Shown here in pieces: positions 19,811 through 32,203 of a stretch of 64,000 nucleotides of DNA. How positions within the stretch are numbered: position 1 is the first letter of the stretch; each line of letters opens with the position of its first letter. The position numbers and the translations under genes are program-made. Where the stretch lies: NCBI GenBank assembly GCA_963704935.1, contig CAVPIF010000001.1, forward strand, positions 1,601,969 through 1,665,968, written 5' to 3'. The notes beneath the pieces were generated by a model. It was not told where the DNA came from. It did no database searches and was given only the letters and a program-made list of their open reading frames with translations. The DNA is from an uncultured Chloroflexia bacterium (lineage in GTDB: Bacteria > Chloroflexota > Limnocylindria > Limnocylindrales > CSP1-4).

Positions 19811-21224
19811 GGTGCACTCCGATCGGGTAGGGGGTTGCCGTGGCGGACGCCGGTGAACAGGATCGCGACGCGCTCGTTCCCGGCGATCTCGCGCAGCCGC
19901 TGGAGGTGGAGCAGCCCGGCGAGCCCGGCGGTCCCGGTCGCATCGGCGGGGATCCCGGTGGCCTGGTCGGCGAGCAGGTTGGCAGCCAGGAGCTCGGACT
20001 CCTCGACGACGACGGGCCGCCCGCCCGTGCCGAGCATGGCCTCGACCACGGCCAGCCAGTCGTAGGTCTCGTCATCCAGGATCCCGTGGGCGACGCTGCG
20101 CGGCTCCGTCTCCCACGGCCACATGTAGTCCGACCGATGGCGGGCGGCGTGATCGAGCACGGCACGGACCTCGGATCGGGTCACGTCCACGGGGCCGAGG
20201 CTCGGGACCCCGCGACGGTCGAGGTCGGCGACGATCCGATCGTACGCCCGACGGAGCGGCCAGGCACCGGTCGTCTGGACGGTATCCATGCGCGGGACGG
20301 AACGGATGACACCCAGCGTCCGGGCCTCGGCCAGACCCTGCGCGCACGCGGAGGCCAACGCCCCACCACCGACCTGGACGATCAGCCGCGACACCGCCAG
20401 GTCGCCGCGCGCCATGGCCTCGGCCATCTCATACCCCAGCGTCTCGCCGCCCTCGATCGCCAGGCCGTTCACCGGCCCTTGGCAGGTGAACGGGATCGCC
20501 CCGCCCTCGATCGCGACGCGCAGGCGGCGGACCGTCGGGTCTCCGCGCTCGTCCGCGTCGCGCCGGACGACTTCGATCCGGGCGTGCAGGTGTTCGAGGC
20601 GCTCCAGGATCAGCGGGTCGGCGTCGGTCGGCACGAACACGTCCAGGCGGCGGCCGGCGGCATGGGCGACGACGGCCGCGGCCAGCGCCGCGTTCCCACA
20701 GCTGGCGATGGCCAGGGGCCGGCCCTCCAGCGTCGGGTCCAGCGTTTCGGCGACGAGGAGCTCCAGCAGGATGCCCATCAGGTGGCGGGCCTTGTGCGAC
20801 CCGGCGACCCCGCCTGTCTCGTCCTTCACCCAGACGCCATCATCCGCGGTGAACCCGAGCGTGGCGCTCAGCGTGTCCGCGCGCAGGAACGGGGTGATCC
20901 GGAAACCGCGTCCGTCCACTGCCGCCACCGCCCGGTCGAGGCGGTGCACGTGGTCGACATACCGATCGTCCGACCAGCCCGCCGCGCGTGCGACGTGCCA
21001 GGCCCGGAACATCTGGCGATACCGGACGAACGGGTTCGGGTCGTCATCGGCCACGAGCACGATGCGCGAGGGGTCGAGGCGGCGGGTCACCAGGTGGTCG
21101 AGGTCGTCGCCGTCGACGGCTCGCGGGCAGCGGGCGGGAAAGGCGTCGTCGGCCGTCGCCTCCCAGCCACAGCCCGCGCAGTCGACGGCGACCGCGGTGA
21201 CAGGCATGGGCGGCAGCGTGGGGC

Positions 21225-21228
<4 letters not shown>
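19807..21228 (-). CDS. Fold-type II PLP-dependent enzyme, threonine-synthase/TrpB-like (about 473 aa)
   Basis: Lysine motif [15 protein letters not shown] and glycine loop [14 protein letters not shown] at 21228 overlaps the upstream stop (GTGA); alternative ATG at 21207. Confidence 0.7.
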
Positions 21229-22748
<1,520 letters not shown>

Positions 22749-22822
22749 GACCTGCTCTCCCGTCCGGACCGCGACCAGCCACGTGGGCGCCGATCGTGGT
22801 CGATCCGCTCGAAGGTCCGAAC

Positions 22823-22855
22823 GGGCCCCAAAGGACGGGCCCAACAGCAGGGCCC
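22823..22855. promoter_or_regulatory. Three GGGCCC palindromes at 13-14 bp spacing in the divergent promoter region
   Basis: GGGCCC at 22823, 22837 and 22850, inside the 187-bp gap between the two operons. Confidence 0.3.
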
Positions 22856-22935
22856 GCACATGAGAGGCGTTTCCTATGCTGTCGAAGGGGCCGACCCTCG
22901 GGATAGGGCCGGATGGCCGCCATGGAGCAGGCGAT

Positions 22936-25611
22936 ATGGCTCAGTTGACGTTCACGCTGAACGGCCGCGCGGTTTCCGCGGCGGTCGGATCGGGGACCAG
23001 CCTGCTCGAGCTGCTCCGGGATGAGGCGGGCCTGCTGGGCCCGAAGGACGGGTGCGCACCGGAGGGCTCCTGCGGCGCCTGCACGGTCATCGTGGACGAC
23101 CGTGCCGTCGTCACGTGTGCGCAGCCGGCCGAGCGCGTGGCCGGTCGGGCGGTGACGACCCAGGCCGGGCTCTCCTCCGAGGTCCGGGCCCAGTGGGCGG
23201 ATGCATTCGCGCTGACCGGGGCCTCGCAGTGCGGGTTCTGCTCGCCCGGCATCGTGATGAAGGCCGAGGCACTGCTCCGCCGGGACCCCGCCCCCGCTCG
23301 TGATGCCGTGATGCGGGCGCTGGCCGGGAACCTGTGCCGCTGCACCGGATACCACCGGATCGCCGACGCGATCGAGCTGGTGGCGGCCGCAAGACGCGGC
23401 GAGACCCCCATCCCCGCGCCGGAGCGTCGCCCCGATATCGGCTCACGGGCCATCCGCTACGAGTCCCGGGAGCTGGCGCTCGGGACCAAGCCGTTCGTGG
23501 CCGACCTGCGCGTGCCGGACATGCTCCACGGGGCGTTGCGCTTCGCGGACCACCCGCGGGCGGTCGTCCGGCAGATCGACACGGCCCGCGCGGCTGCGCA
23601 TCCGGGTGTCGTCGCCGTCGTCACCGCTGCTGACGTGCCGGGGGAGCGGGTGCAAGGGCTGATCCGCGCGGACTGGCCGGTGTTCGTCGCGGTCGGCGAG
23701 ACGACGCGCTACGTCGGCGACGTGCTGGCCGCAGTCGCCGCCACCACCCGCCGTGCCGCCCGCGAGGCCACCGCCCTCATCGATGTGGACTACGAGGTCC
23801 TCCCGCCGGTCACGGACCCGTTCGAGGCGCTGGCCGCGGACGCTCCGCCGATCCATGAGGGGGGCAACCTGTTGTCGCGGTCGGAGATCCGCCACGGCGA
23901 CGTGGACGTCGCGCTCTCCGGTGCCGCGCACGTGGTGACCGACACATTCCGAACCGGGCGGATCGAGCACGCGTTCCTGGAGCCCGAGGCGTGCCTCGCG
24001 GTCCCGGCCTCGGGCGAGGCAACGGCGATCCCGGACGTGACCGCCGCCGCGCCCGAGCCGAGCCTGCACCTCTTCTCGCCGGGCCAGGGGGCCTGGGACG
24101 ATCGCCGGCAGGTCGCCTCACTCCTGGGTCTGGCGGCATCGGACGTGCGGGTCACGCAGGTTTCGACCGGCGGCGGGTTCGGCGGCAAGGAGGACCTCAG
24201 CGTCCAGGGCCAGACCGCACTCCTGGCCTGGCGGACCGGCCGTCCGGTCCTGCTCGCCCTCTCCCGCAAGGACAGCCTGCGTCTCCATCCCAAGCGCCAC
24301 CCGTTCTGGATGGACTACACGGTCGGCTGCGACGCGGACGGTCGCCTGGCTGCCGTCCGGGCGAGGATCGTCGGGGACAACGGCGCCTACGCGAGCGTCG
24401 GGATGAAGGTCCTTGAGCGAGCCGCCGCGCACGCCTGCGGCCCGTACCGGGTCGGCGCGGTGGATGTCGAGGCACGGGCTGTCTACACCAACAACCCGCC
24501 GTCGGGCGCGATGCGCGGGTTCGGCGTCAACCAGACCGCCTTCGCCGTCGAGGGGATGCTGGACCGACTCGCAGAGATGGTCGGGATCGACGGCTGGGAG
24601 ATGCGCTGGCGCAATGCCCTGGAGACCGGTGATCGCTTCGCCACCGGGCAACGGCTGGGCCCGGGCGTCGGGCTCAAGGCGACCCTGCTCGCGGTTCGTG
24701 ATGCCTATCGGGCGGCCCCGCGAGCGGGGATCGCGTGTGGCGTGAAGAATTCCGGCATCGGCAATGGCCTGACCGAGCACGGCCGCGCCATCCTCCGGCC
24801 CGAGGCCGACGGCAGCATCACGCTCTACCACTCGTGGACCGAGATGGGCCAGGGTTGCCACACGGTCTTCGCCCAGCTCGCCGCGTCGGAACTTGGCGTC
24901 CCGCTGGACACCATCCGCGTCGTCGTCGATACCGAACGCGAGCTCGATACCGGACAGACCACGGCCTCGCGGGCCACGATGCTCGGCGGACGGGCGGTGC
25001 TGGAGGCCGCCGCAGCCCTTCGAGTGGAGCTGGCTGGCCGGCCACCGCGGGACCTGGCGGGTCGCGAGTTCCCCGGTGAGATCACCATCGACTGGACGAC
25101 ACCGCTGGACACGGATGCCGCCGAGCCGATCACCCACTTCGCCTTCGGCTGGGCGACCCAGGTCGTGATCCTCGATGACGAGGGCCGGATCGCCAGGGTC
25201 GTGGCGGCCCACGATGTCGGCCGCGTCCTCAATCGGACCCTGGTCGAAGGTCAGGTGGAGGGCGGCGTCCACATGGGTCTCGGCCAGGCGCTCAGCGAGG
25301 AGTTCATCGTTCGCGACGGGGTGCCGGTCACGGACACGCTCAAGTCACTGGGGATCATCCCGGCCGCCGGGATGCCCCCGGTCGAGACGATCCTCGTGGA
25401 GGAGCCGCAGCCCGAAGGTCCGCTCGGGGCGAAGGGGATCGGGGAAGCGTGCCTGGTTCCGACGGCGGCGGCCGTCGCGGGAGCGCTCTACCGGTTCGAC
25501 GGCATCCGGCGGACTCGCCTGCCGATGCGTGATTCGGCGGCCGCCCGCGCGGCGGTCCCCAGGTTGGCCCATCTCGCCGAAGCGCCGGCCCTGGCTCGGC
25601 GGGCGCCATGA
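22936..25611 (+). CDS. XdhD/Mop-type molybdenum hydroxylase with fused N-terminal 2x[2Fe-2S] domains, no FAD domain (891 aa)
   Basis: ATG at 22936 with GGAG 8 nt upstream. Motifs [20 protein letters not shown] and CRCTGYH. Moco domain with the conserved GAKGIGE near the C-terminus. Confidence 0.85.
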   Translation: MAQLTFTLNGRAVSAAVGSGTSLLELLRDEAGLLGPKDGCAPEGSCGACTVIVDDRAVVTCAQPAERVAGRAVTTQAGLSSEVRAQWADAFALTGASQCGFCSPGIVMKAEALLRRDPAPARDAVMRALAGNLCRCTGYHRIADAIELVAAARRGETPIPAPERRPDIGSRAIRYESRELALGTKPFVADLRVPDMLHGALRFADHPRAVVRQIDTARAAAHPGVVAVVTAADVPGERVQGLIRADWPVFVAVGETTRYVGDVLAAVAATTRRAAREATALIDVDYEVLPPVTDPFEALAADAPPIHEGGNLLSRSEIRHGDVDVALSGAAHVVTDTFRTGRIEHAFLEPEACLAVPASGEATAIPDVTAAAPEPSLHLFSPGQGAWDDRRQVASLLGLAASDVRVTQVSTGGGFGGKEDLSVQGQTALLAWRTGRPVLLALSRKDSLRLHPKRHPFWMDYTVGCDADGRLAAVRARIVGDNGAYASVGMKVLERAAAHACGPYRVGAVDVEARAVYTNNPPSGAMRGFGVNQTAFAVEGMLDRLAEMVGIDGWEMRWRNALETGDRFATGQRLGPGVGLKATLLAVRDAYRAAPRAGIACGVKNSGIGNGLTEHGRAILRPEADGSITLYHSWTEMGQGCHTVFAQLAASELGVPLDTIRVVVDTERELDTGQTTASRATMLGGRAVLEAAAALRVELAGRPPRDLAGREFPGEITIDWTTPLDTDAAEPITHFAFGWATQVVILDDEGRIARVVAAHDVGRVLNRTLVEGQVEGGVHMGLGQALSEEFIVRDGVPVTDTLKSLGIIPAAGMPPVETILVEEPQPEGPLGAKGIGEACLVPTAAAVAGALYRFDGIRRTRLPMRDSAAARAAVPRLAHLAEAPALARRAP

Positions 25612-26987
25612 CCACCGTGCTGTCGGGTGGGACGGTCGTCGCCGGGCTGCACCCGGCCGAGATCGTCGTCGGTGACATCGTCATCGAGGGCGACCGGGTC
25701 GCGGCCGTCGGCTCCGGTCCGTTCGGGCCGTCCCGACCGCACGCCGGATCGATGGACGTCGCCGTCGTCGACGTCTCGGGTTGCCTCGTGATCCCGGGCA
25801 ACGTCTGCGCGCACACCCACGCCTACTCCGCCCTGGCCCGCGGGATGCCCTATCGACTCGCCCCACCGCGGGACTTCGTGGAGATCCTCCGCCGCGTCTG
25901 GTGGCGCCTGGACCGGGCACTCGACGAAGCCACGATCCGGGCGTCTGCCCGGGTGGCGGCCGCCGAGGCGCTGCTCGCCGGGACCACCACGCTCGTCGAC
26001 CATCATGCGTCGCCGCGTGCCATCGATGGCTCGCTCGACACCGTCGCGCAGGCGTTCTCGGAGCTCGGCGTGCGCTCGATCCTGGCCTACGAGACGAGCG
26101 ATCGGGACGGGCCGCTGGCGGCGGCCGGCGGACTGGCAGAGAACCGGCGGTTCCTGGCCTGGGTCGCGGCCGAGCATCCGCGGCTGGTCCGGGGCATGGT
26201 CGGAGCGCATGCCTCGTTCACGCTGTCCGACGCCACGCTTGACGGCTGCGTGGACCTTGCGCGGGCGAGCGGCTGCGGCCTCCACATCCACGTTGCCGAG
26301 GACGCCGCCGACGAGCGGGATTCGGCGGCGAGCCACGGGGTGCGCGTCCTGGATCGACTGGAGCGGGCCGGCGCCCTGGACCCGGCCCCGTTGCTCGCCC
26401 ACGGCGTCCACCTGGACCAGGCGGAGGCGGCCCTGTTCCGGGCGTCGGGCGCGACCCTGGCGCATAACCCGCGCTCCAACATGAACAACGCTGTCGGGCG
26501 GGCGCCCCTCGGCCTGCTGGGCCCGCGCGTCGCCCTGGGCACGGACGGGATCGGGGCGGACATGTTCGAAGAGAGCCGGGTGGGCCACCTGCGCCTGGTC
26601 GAGGAGGGTGGCAGCCACACGGACGGCGCCGCCTGGCCCCTCGCGCGGCTGACCGCCGGAGCGCGTCTCGTCGGCGACGCCTTCGACGAGCCCACGTTCG
26701 GGCGGATCGTCGCCGGCGCGCCGGCGGACCTCGTCGTCCTCGACCAGCCGCTGCCGACGCCGATCACGCCGGACACCCTTGCTGGTCACTGGGTCTTCGG
26801 ATTGTCCGCCCGGGCGGTCCGCGATGTGATCGTGGCCGGCCGGGTCGTGGTCCGCGACCGGCGCCTGACGAGCGTGGACCAGGACGTCCTGGCCGCCGAA
26901 GCCCGGGTCGAGGCGACCCGACTGTGGGAGCGCATGGACGCGATCGGCGAACACCCGTTCGCGTCCGGGGAGGTGATGGTGGGATGA
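25608..26987 (+). CDS. ssnA: SsnA-like amidohydrolase (chlorohydrolase/cyclic amidase superfamily)
   Basis: VIPGNVCAHTHAYSALARGM...TTTLVDHHASP...HIHVAEDAAD...LAHGVHL...ALGTDG. ATGA overlaps on both sides. Confidence 0.75.
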   Translation: MTTVLSGGTVVAGLHPAEIVVGDIVIEGDRVAAVGSGPFGPSRPHAGSMDVAVVDVSGCLVIPGNVCAHTHAYSALARGMPYRLAPPRDFVEILRRVWWRLDRALDEATIRASARVAAAEALLAGTTTLVDHHASPRAIDGSLDTVAQAFSELGVRSILAYETSDRDGPLAAAGGLAENRRFLAWVAAEHPRLVRGMVGAHASFTLSDATLDGCVDLARASGCGLHIHVAEDAADERDSAASHGVRVLDRLERAGALDPAPLLAHGVHLDQAEAALFRASGATLAHNPRSNMNNAVGRAPLGLLGPRVALGTDGIGADMFEESRVGHLRLVEEGGSHTDGAAWPLARLTAGARLVGDAFDEPTFGRIVAGAPADLVVLDQPLPTPITPDTLAGHWVFGLSARAVRDVIVAGRVVVRDRRLTSVDQDVLAAEARVEATRLWERMDAIGEHPFASGEVMVG

Positions 26988-28129
26988 CCTCGTCGACCGG
27001 ACCCGTGGCAGGCACGACGGCCGCCGCCGACCTCGCGCCCACCCCCGTCGACCTCTCCGTCGAGGTCTGCGGCATCCGCTTCCCCAACCCGGTCTGGACC
27101 GCAGCCGGTCCGCCGGTCCGCGACGGCGCCGCACTGCTGGCGTGTGCTGCCGGAGGCGCAGGTGGGCTCGTCACCAAGACGATCTCCCGGACCGCCGCCG
27201 AGCCCACGACGCCGAACATGGCCGAGATCTCGCACGGCTTCCTGAACGCCGAGCTGTGGTCGGAACTCCCGCCGGAGCGCTGGATCGAGCGCGAGTACGC
27301 GATCACCCGCGAGGCCGGATTGCCGGTCATCGTGAGCATGGGCTACAGCGCCGAGGACATCGCTGACCTCGCGCCCCGGGTGCGACCGTTCGCCGACGCC
27401 CTGGAGCTGTCCACGCACTACATCGGTGAGGACGCCGAGCCGATGGTCGCCGCGATCCGTGCCGCCAAGGCCGCGGTGGACGTCCCGGTGTTCGTGAAGC
27501 TGAGCCCCCTTGGACGCGAGATGCGGAGGGCCGCTGAGCAGGCCCAGGCGGCCGGCGCGGACGCGATCGTGGCGATCAACTCGTTCGGGCCGTGTCTCGC
27601 CATCGACATCGAGGCCGCGATGCCGCATATCGGCGGCGACGACGGCTACGGGTGGTTGTCCGGCCCGGCCCTCAAGCCGATCGCGATCCGCTGCGTCCAC
27701 GACGTCGCATCCGTCGTCGACATCCCGGTGATCGGCTGTGGTGGGATCTCGCGCGGGACGGACGTCATCGAGCACCTGATGGCCGGGGCGGTCGCGACCC
27801 AGGTCTGCACGGCCGCGATCCTGCGCGGCCCGGGCGTCCTCGGCAAGATCGCGACGGAGACGGCGACCTGGCTCGGCAAGCACGGCTATGCGAACCCCGC
27901 GGCGGTCAGCGGCCTCGCCCTGCGCCGGACGTCGACCGACCCGATCCACGCACCGATCCTGGACCTGGACCTGTGCAACGGCTGTGGCCTGTGCGAGCTG
28001 TCGTGCGACCACGACGCGGTCAACGTGGTGGACGGCAAGGCGATCCTCGACGAGGAGATGTGCACCCGCTGCGGTCTGTGCATCTCCCGCTGCCGGCCGG
28101 GCGCCCTGCTCTGGGAATCGCCGGCCTGA
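26984..28129 (+). CDS. Dihydroorotate/dihydropyrimidine dehydrogenase (PreA)-like flavoprotein with C-terminal 2x[4Fe-4S] ferredoxin domain
   Basis: ATG at 26984 overlaps the ssnA stop. Motifs GIRFPNPVWTAAGP, VFVKLSP, IGCGGISRG, CNGCGLCELSC and CTRCGLCISRC. Confidence 0.8.
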   Translation: MTSSTGPVAGTTAAADLAPTPVDLSVEVCGIRFPNPVWTAAGPPVRDGAALLACAAGGAGGLVTKTISRTAAEPTTPNMAEISHGFLNAELWSELPPERWIEREYAITREAGLPVIVSMGYSAEDIADLAPRVRPFADALELSTHYIGEDAEPMVAAIRAAKAAVDVPVFVKLSPLGREMRRAAEQAQAAGADAIVAINSFGPCLAIDIEAAMPHIGGDDGYGWLSGPALKPIAIRCVHDVASVVDIPVIGCGGISRGTDVIEHLMAGAVATQVCTAAILRGPGVLGKIATETATWLGKHGYANPAAVSGLALRRTSTDPIHAPILDLDLCNGCGLCELSCDHDAVNVVDGKAILDEEMCTRCGLCISRCRPGALLWESPA

Positions 28130-28157
28130 CCCGCCTCCGGTACGATGCCGGACGGCC

Positions 28158-28703
28158 ATGACCGATCCTTCCCGGCCGCTGCCCCGCGACCTCCTGTTGA
28201 CCGGCGAACGCGTCCGCCTGCGCGCGGTCCGGCCGGACGACCACGACCGACTTCGGGAGATCCTGCGCGAGCCCTCGGTGGCCCGCTGGTGGGGTCCGCC
28301 GCGCCCCGGGGTCGATGTCGTCGACGACTGGCTCGACGCCGACGAGGACACGCTCGTGCTGGCGATCGAGGTCGATGGCCAGGTCGTCGGCAGCCTCCAG
28401 TTCGCCGAGGAGGCCGACCCTGATTACCGGCACGCCGGCATCGACCTGTTCCTCGCGACGGCGTCGCAGGGCCGCGGCCTCGGCACGGACGCGATCCGGA
28501 CCGTCGCCCGCCACCTGTTCGACGTCCGCGGCCATCATCGGCTGACGATCGACCCGTCCGCGGAAAACGAGCGGGCGATCGCCGCATACCGGCGCGTCGG
28601 CTTCCGGCCCGTCGGAGTCATGCGCTCGTACGAGCGCGGCTCCGACGGCAGCTTCCACGACGGCCTGCTCATGGACCTGCTCCGCGACGAGTTCACCGGG
28701 TGA
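28158..28703 (+). CDS. GNAT family N-acetyltransferase (RimJ/AAC(6')-like, 181 aa)
   Basis: VRLRAVRPDD...WW...IDLFLATASQGRGLGTDAIRTVARHLF...AAYRRVGF. Confidence 0.75.
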   Translation: MTDPSRPLPRDLLLTGERVRLRAVRPDDHDRLREILREPSVARWWGPPRPGVDVVDDWLDADEDTLVLAIEVDGQVVGSLQFAEEADPDYRHAGIDLFLATASQGRGLGTDAIRTVARHLFDVRGHHRLTIDPSAENERAIAAYRRVGFRPVGVMRSYERGSDGSFHDGLLMDLLRDEFTG

Positions 28704-29887
28704 GCAGCCGGGGATCGGCGGACGTCGCCATCGTCGGCGGCGGAGTCATCGGGAGCGCGATCGCGTATTTCCTGCGCTCGGACCCGGGCTTCGACGGGCG
28801 GGTCGTCGTGATCGAACGGGACCCGAGCTATCGGCGCGCCTCGTCGGCGCTGTCGGCGAGCTCTATCCGGCAGCAGTTCTCCACGCCGGAGAACATCCGG
28901 ATGTCGCAGTTCGGGTTCGACTTCCTCCGCCGCACGAGCGAGCACCTCTCCGTGGACGGCGACGTGCCGGACATCGGGTTGACGGAGCGCGGGTACCTCT
29001 TCCTGGCGACCCCGCGGCACGAGGCCACCCTGCGGGACGTCCACACGATCCAGCGTGCGGAGGGTGCCGAGGTGGTCCTCCTGTCGCCCGCCGAGCTCGC
29101 CGACCGCTACCCCTGGATGTCCATCGACGGGATCGCCCTGGGCTCGCTCGGGCTGCGACGCGAGGGCTGGTTCGATGGCGATGCGCTCACCCGGGCCTTC
29201 GTCCGGGCGGCGAAGGCGCGCGGCGTCGAGTACCTGCCGGCGGAAGTCGTCGGGATCGAGGCGGATGGGTCGCGGATCAGCGGCGTGCGGCTGTCGGACG
29301 GCGCCACGCTCCGCTGCGGAACGCTCGTCAACGCCGCCGGCCCGTGGGCTCGCTCGGTCGCCGCGATGGCCGGTGTGCCGCTCCCGGTCGAGGCGCGCCG
29401 GCGTACCGTGTTCGTCTTCGGCGGTCGCGAGCCGATCCCCGATTGCCCGCTCGTCATCGACGCCTCAGGGGCGTGGTTTCGGCCCGAGGGCGGTTCGTTC
29501 ATCGGCGCGATCTCCCCGCCGGAGGCGGACGACCTCTCCGACCTCCCGCTGGATCCGGATCGCGGCCTCTGGGAGCGTGCCCTCTGGCCGGCCCTCGCCG
29601 CGCGCGTCCCCGCGTTCGACGCCCTGCGGACGACCAGCGCGTGGGCCGGCTACTACGAGGTCAACACCCACGACCACAACGCCATCCTGGGGCGGCACCC
29701 GGAGATCGCGAACCTGCTGTTCGCGAACGGGTTCTCCGGTCACGGGATCCAGCAGGCGCCCGCGGTCGGGCGCGCCATCGCGGAACTGATCCTCCGGGGC
29801 CGGTACGTCAGCCTGGACCTGTCGGTGTTCGGCTACGAGCGGATCGCCGCCGGGCGCCGGGTGGAGGAGCGCAACGTCATCGGCTGA
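28700..29887 (+). CDS. FAD-dependent oxidoreductase, DAO family (sarcosine/D-amino-acid oxidase-like)
   Basis: Dinucleotide fold VAIVGGGVIGSAIAYFL and FANGFSGHGIQQAPAVG. Confidence 0.8.
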   Translation: MSSRGSADVAIVGGGVIGSAIAYFLRSDPGFDGRVVVIERDPSYRRASSALSASSIRQQFSTPENIRMSQFGFDFLRRTSEHLSVDGDVPDIGLTERGYLFLATPRHEATLRDVHTIQRAEGAEVVLLSPAELADRYPWMSIDGIALGSLGLRREGWFDGDALTRAFVRAAKARGVEYLPAEVVGIEADGSRISGVRLSDGATLRCGTLVNAAGPWARSVAAMAGVPLPVEARRRTVFVFGGREPIPDCPLVIDASGAWFRPEGGSFIGAISPPEADDLSDLPLDPDRGLWERALWPALAARVPAFDALRTTSAWAGYYEVNTHDHNAILGRHPEIANLLFANGFSGHGIQQAPAVGRAIAELILRGRYVSLDLSVFGYERIAAGRRVEERNVIG

Positions 29888-29922
29888 CCGTTGACGCCGG
29901 GGTCGCGGACGACTTCACCCGC

Positions 29923-31932
29923 TCAGATCGCGCTGGCCACCCGCAGCCCCTCGAGGATGGCCTCCTCTACGGTCCGTGGTGCCAGGCAGTCCCCGATGCC
30001 GTGGACCTCGCCGTCGAAGGTGCCGAGCGCGTCGAGCGCGGTGAGCAGCCCGTCTACCGGGTCGTGGCCCTGGGCGAGTACGAGGCCGGCAACGTCCTCC
30101 ACGATCGCGGCCTCCCCGGTGAGGACGTGCTGGAAGAAGACGGCGGAGCCGTCGTACCCGAAGAGTCGAACCAGGGGGAGTACCTGGACCCCGGCCCGGG
30201 TCACCGACGCGATCATCGCGTCGCGGACGTACTGCTGGATCCGCTGCCCCGGCATGTAGCCGTCCACGCCCAGCGTCACTCGCCGGCCGCGCTCGGCGAG
30301 GAGCTCCGCGAGGCCAAGGCCCACCCAGTCGCAGCGCCAATCGGCAACGACGAGCCGGCCTTCCGGGAGCTCGGCGCCGCGCAGGACCTGCCAGGCGTCC
30401 AGGACGATCGGCGATCCACTCAGCTCCAGCGGCGGTCGGCGCGGCAGCGCGCCCGTCGCCACGACGACCACGTCCGGTCGCTCGCGCCGGATCAGGTCCA
30501 CGTCCACGGTGGTCCCGGTGATCACCCGAACGCCGGCCCGCTCCGCTTCGCCGGTCAGGTTCGTGACCACGCCCCCGAACTCGGCCCGCCCGGGCAGGCG
30601 TTCCGCGAGCAGCACCTGGCCGCCGACCCGTCGAGCGGCTTCGTAGAGGGTCACCCGATGGCCGCGCTCGGCGGCGACGGTCGCCGCCTTGAGACCGCCG
30701 GGACCGCCACCCACGACCAGGACGTCGCGGACACGCGTTGCGCGGACCGGCGGGCCGAACTCCAGTTCGCGGCCACTCTCCGGGTACTGGATGCAGGAGA
30801 TCGGATAGCCGGCGTGGAAATGACCGATGCACGCCTGGTTGCAGCCGATGCAGGCGCGGATCTCGTCCGCCCGGTCGTCGGCTGCCTTCATCGGCAGCAG
30901 CGGGTCGCAGATGAGTGCCCGCGTCATCGCACAGGCGTCCGCCTGCGCCAGCTCCAGGATCCGCTCCGCCTCCTGCGGCTGGTTGATCCGGCCCGCGACG
31001 ATGACCGGGACGCGCACGACGGCCCTGGCCCGTGCGGCGAGTGGCGCCGTGTAGGCGTTCGGGAGGGTCATCGGCGGCACGATGTGGTCGGAGCCTGCGA
31101 GCGTCGCCGATGTGCCGGCCACGACGCTGACGTAGTCGATCAGCTCGTCTGCATCAAGGGTCGCGAGCGCCGGCAGGACGTCGTCCGGAGTGAGGCCCTC
31201 CGGGGTGATCTCGTCGATCGAGATGCGCAGACCAACGACCGGCTCGCGGCCGATCTCGGCCCGGATCGCGGCGATCGTCTCGCGCAGGAAGCGCAGCCGG
31301 TTCTCCGCGCTGCCGCCGTAGCGGTCCGTGCGCAGGTTCACCCGCGGGTTGAGGAACTGGGCGGGAAGGTAGCCGTGGCTGGCAACGACCTCGACCCCGT
31401 CCAGGCCCGCGTCGCGCAACCGCCGCGCCGCCGAGGCGTAGCCGGCCCGGATCTCCTCGATGAGCGGGATCGGCATGGCGCGCGGCATGACCCCGAACCG
31501 TTCGTTCGGGACGGCTGACGGGGCGAGGGCGACCGGCAGCGTCCCGTCCATCGACTCCATCAGTTCGCGGCCGTCGTGGAAGACCTGGCCGACGATCGCG
31601 CTGCCATGCCCGTGGACCGCTTCGGCCAGCCGGCGGTACCCGGGGATGCAGGCGTCGTCGGTCGCCATCAGGACGTGCGAGGTATACCGCGCGCTCTCGT
31701 GGACGCCCGCCACCTGGACGACGATGAGCCCGACGCCGCCCGCGGCGCGGGCCGCCTGATACGCGATCAGCCGCTCCGTCACGAAGCCGTCGACGGCCAT
31801 GACCGTGTCGTGCCCCGACGACACGATCCGATTGCGCAGCGTGACGCTCCCGATCCGCAGCGGCGAGAACAGCCGCGGGAACGGCCGCGCGGGCGGCGCG
31901 CCCGGGGAGGGCGCGGGTAGCGGATCGGACAT
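29923..31932 (-). CDS. NADH:flavin oxidoreductase of the 2,4-dienoyl-CoA reductase (OYE TIM barrel + 4Fe-4S + FAD/NAD(P)) type (669 aa)
   Basis: Track ORF 29923..32232 trimmed to the ATG at 31932 (MSDPLPAP). Motifs LRNRIVSSGH, CIGCNQACIGH and VVGGGPGGLKAA. Confidence 0.85.
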   Translation of the reverse strand: MSDPLPAPSPGAPPARPFPRLFSPLRIGSVTLRNRIVSSGHDTVMAVDGFVTERLIAYQAARAAGGVGLIVVQVAGVHESARYTSHVLMATDDACIPGYRRLAEAVHGHGSAIVGQVFHDGRELMESMDGTLPVALAPSAVPNERFGVMPRAMPIPLIEEIRAGYASAARRLRDAGLDGVEVVASHGYLPAQFLNPRVNLRTDRYGGSAENRLRFLRETIAAIRAEIGREPVVGLRISIDEITPEGLTPDDVLPALATLDADELIDYVSVVAGTSATLAGSDHIVPPMTLPNAYTAPLAARARAVVRVPVIVAGRINQPQEAERILELAQADACAMTRALICDPLLPMKAADDRADEIRACIGCNQACIGHFHAGYPISCIQYPESGRELEFGPPVRATRVRDVLVVGGGPGGLKAATVAAERGHRVTLYEAARRVGGQVLLAERLPGRAEFGGVVTNLTGEAERAGVRVITGTTVDVDLIRRERPDVVVVATGALPRRPPLELSGSPIVLDAWQVLRGAELPEGRLVVADWRCDWVGLGLAELLAERGRRVTLGVDGYMPGQRIQQYVRDAMIASVTRAGVQVLPLVRLFGYDGSAVFFQHVLTGEAAIVEDVAGLVLAQGHDPVDGLLTALDALGTFDGEVHGIGDCLAPRTVEEAILEGLRVASAI

Positions 31933-31986
31933 CGACGGACGGACTCCATCTCGGTGTGAGCCGGGCCGCCTCACTCTAGCGTGACG
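31870..31986. repeat. 117-bp direct repeat, copy A (5' end and upstream region of the OYE/FadH-like gene)
   Basis: 100% identical to 35924-36040. Degenerate similarity continues to about 32009 / 36063. Confidence 0.9.
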
Positions 31987-32203
31987 CCCGCCGGCCCGTG
32001 ACAAACGAAATAGCGAAGTTGGTGAGGCAGCACGGATCCACGCTGCCGAATGGTCGGGTCGCACCGAGCATGCACGCGGTCGACAGATTCTCAGAGCGTT
32101 CTCACGGTCCCAGCCGACGATCTGGGGAATGGTGACGTCAGACGACCCGCCTGCCCGCTCAGCCTGGAGACCGACCGTGAGACCATCCCTGGAGCTACGG
32201 AGG

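Noticed and set aside
22859-22936. Longest-ORF starts for the PLP gene (22859) and the Mo-hydroxylase gene (22876)
   Set aside because: They would leave only 16 bp for two divergent promoters. Internal starts with good Shine-Dalgarno sequences (22748 and 22936) fit better.
22936-26987. Selenium dependence of the XdhD/SsnA system, as proposed for related enterobacterial and clostridial clusters
   Set aside because: No yqeB/yqeC/selD-like genes and no in-frame TGA are visible in the window, so the sequence here does not support it.
25488-28351. Minus-strand ORFs of 548 and 521 aa opposite ssnA and the PreA-like gene
   Set aside because: They have no recognisable motifs and a composition typical of antisense frames. 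The plus-strand genes carry strong metal-binding and Fe-S signatures.
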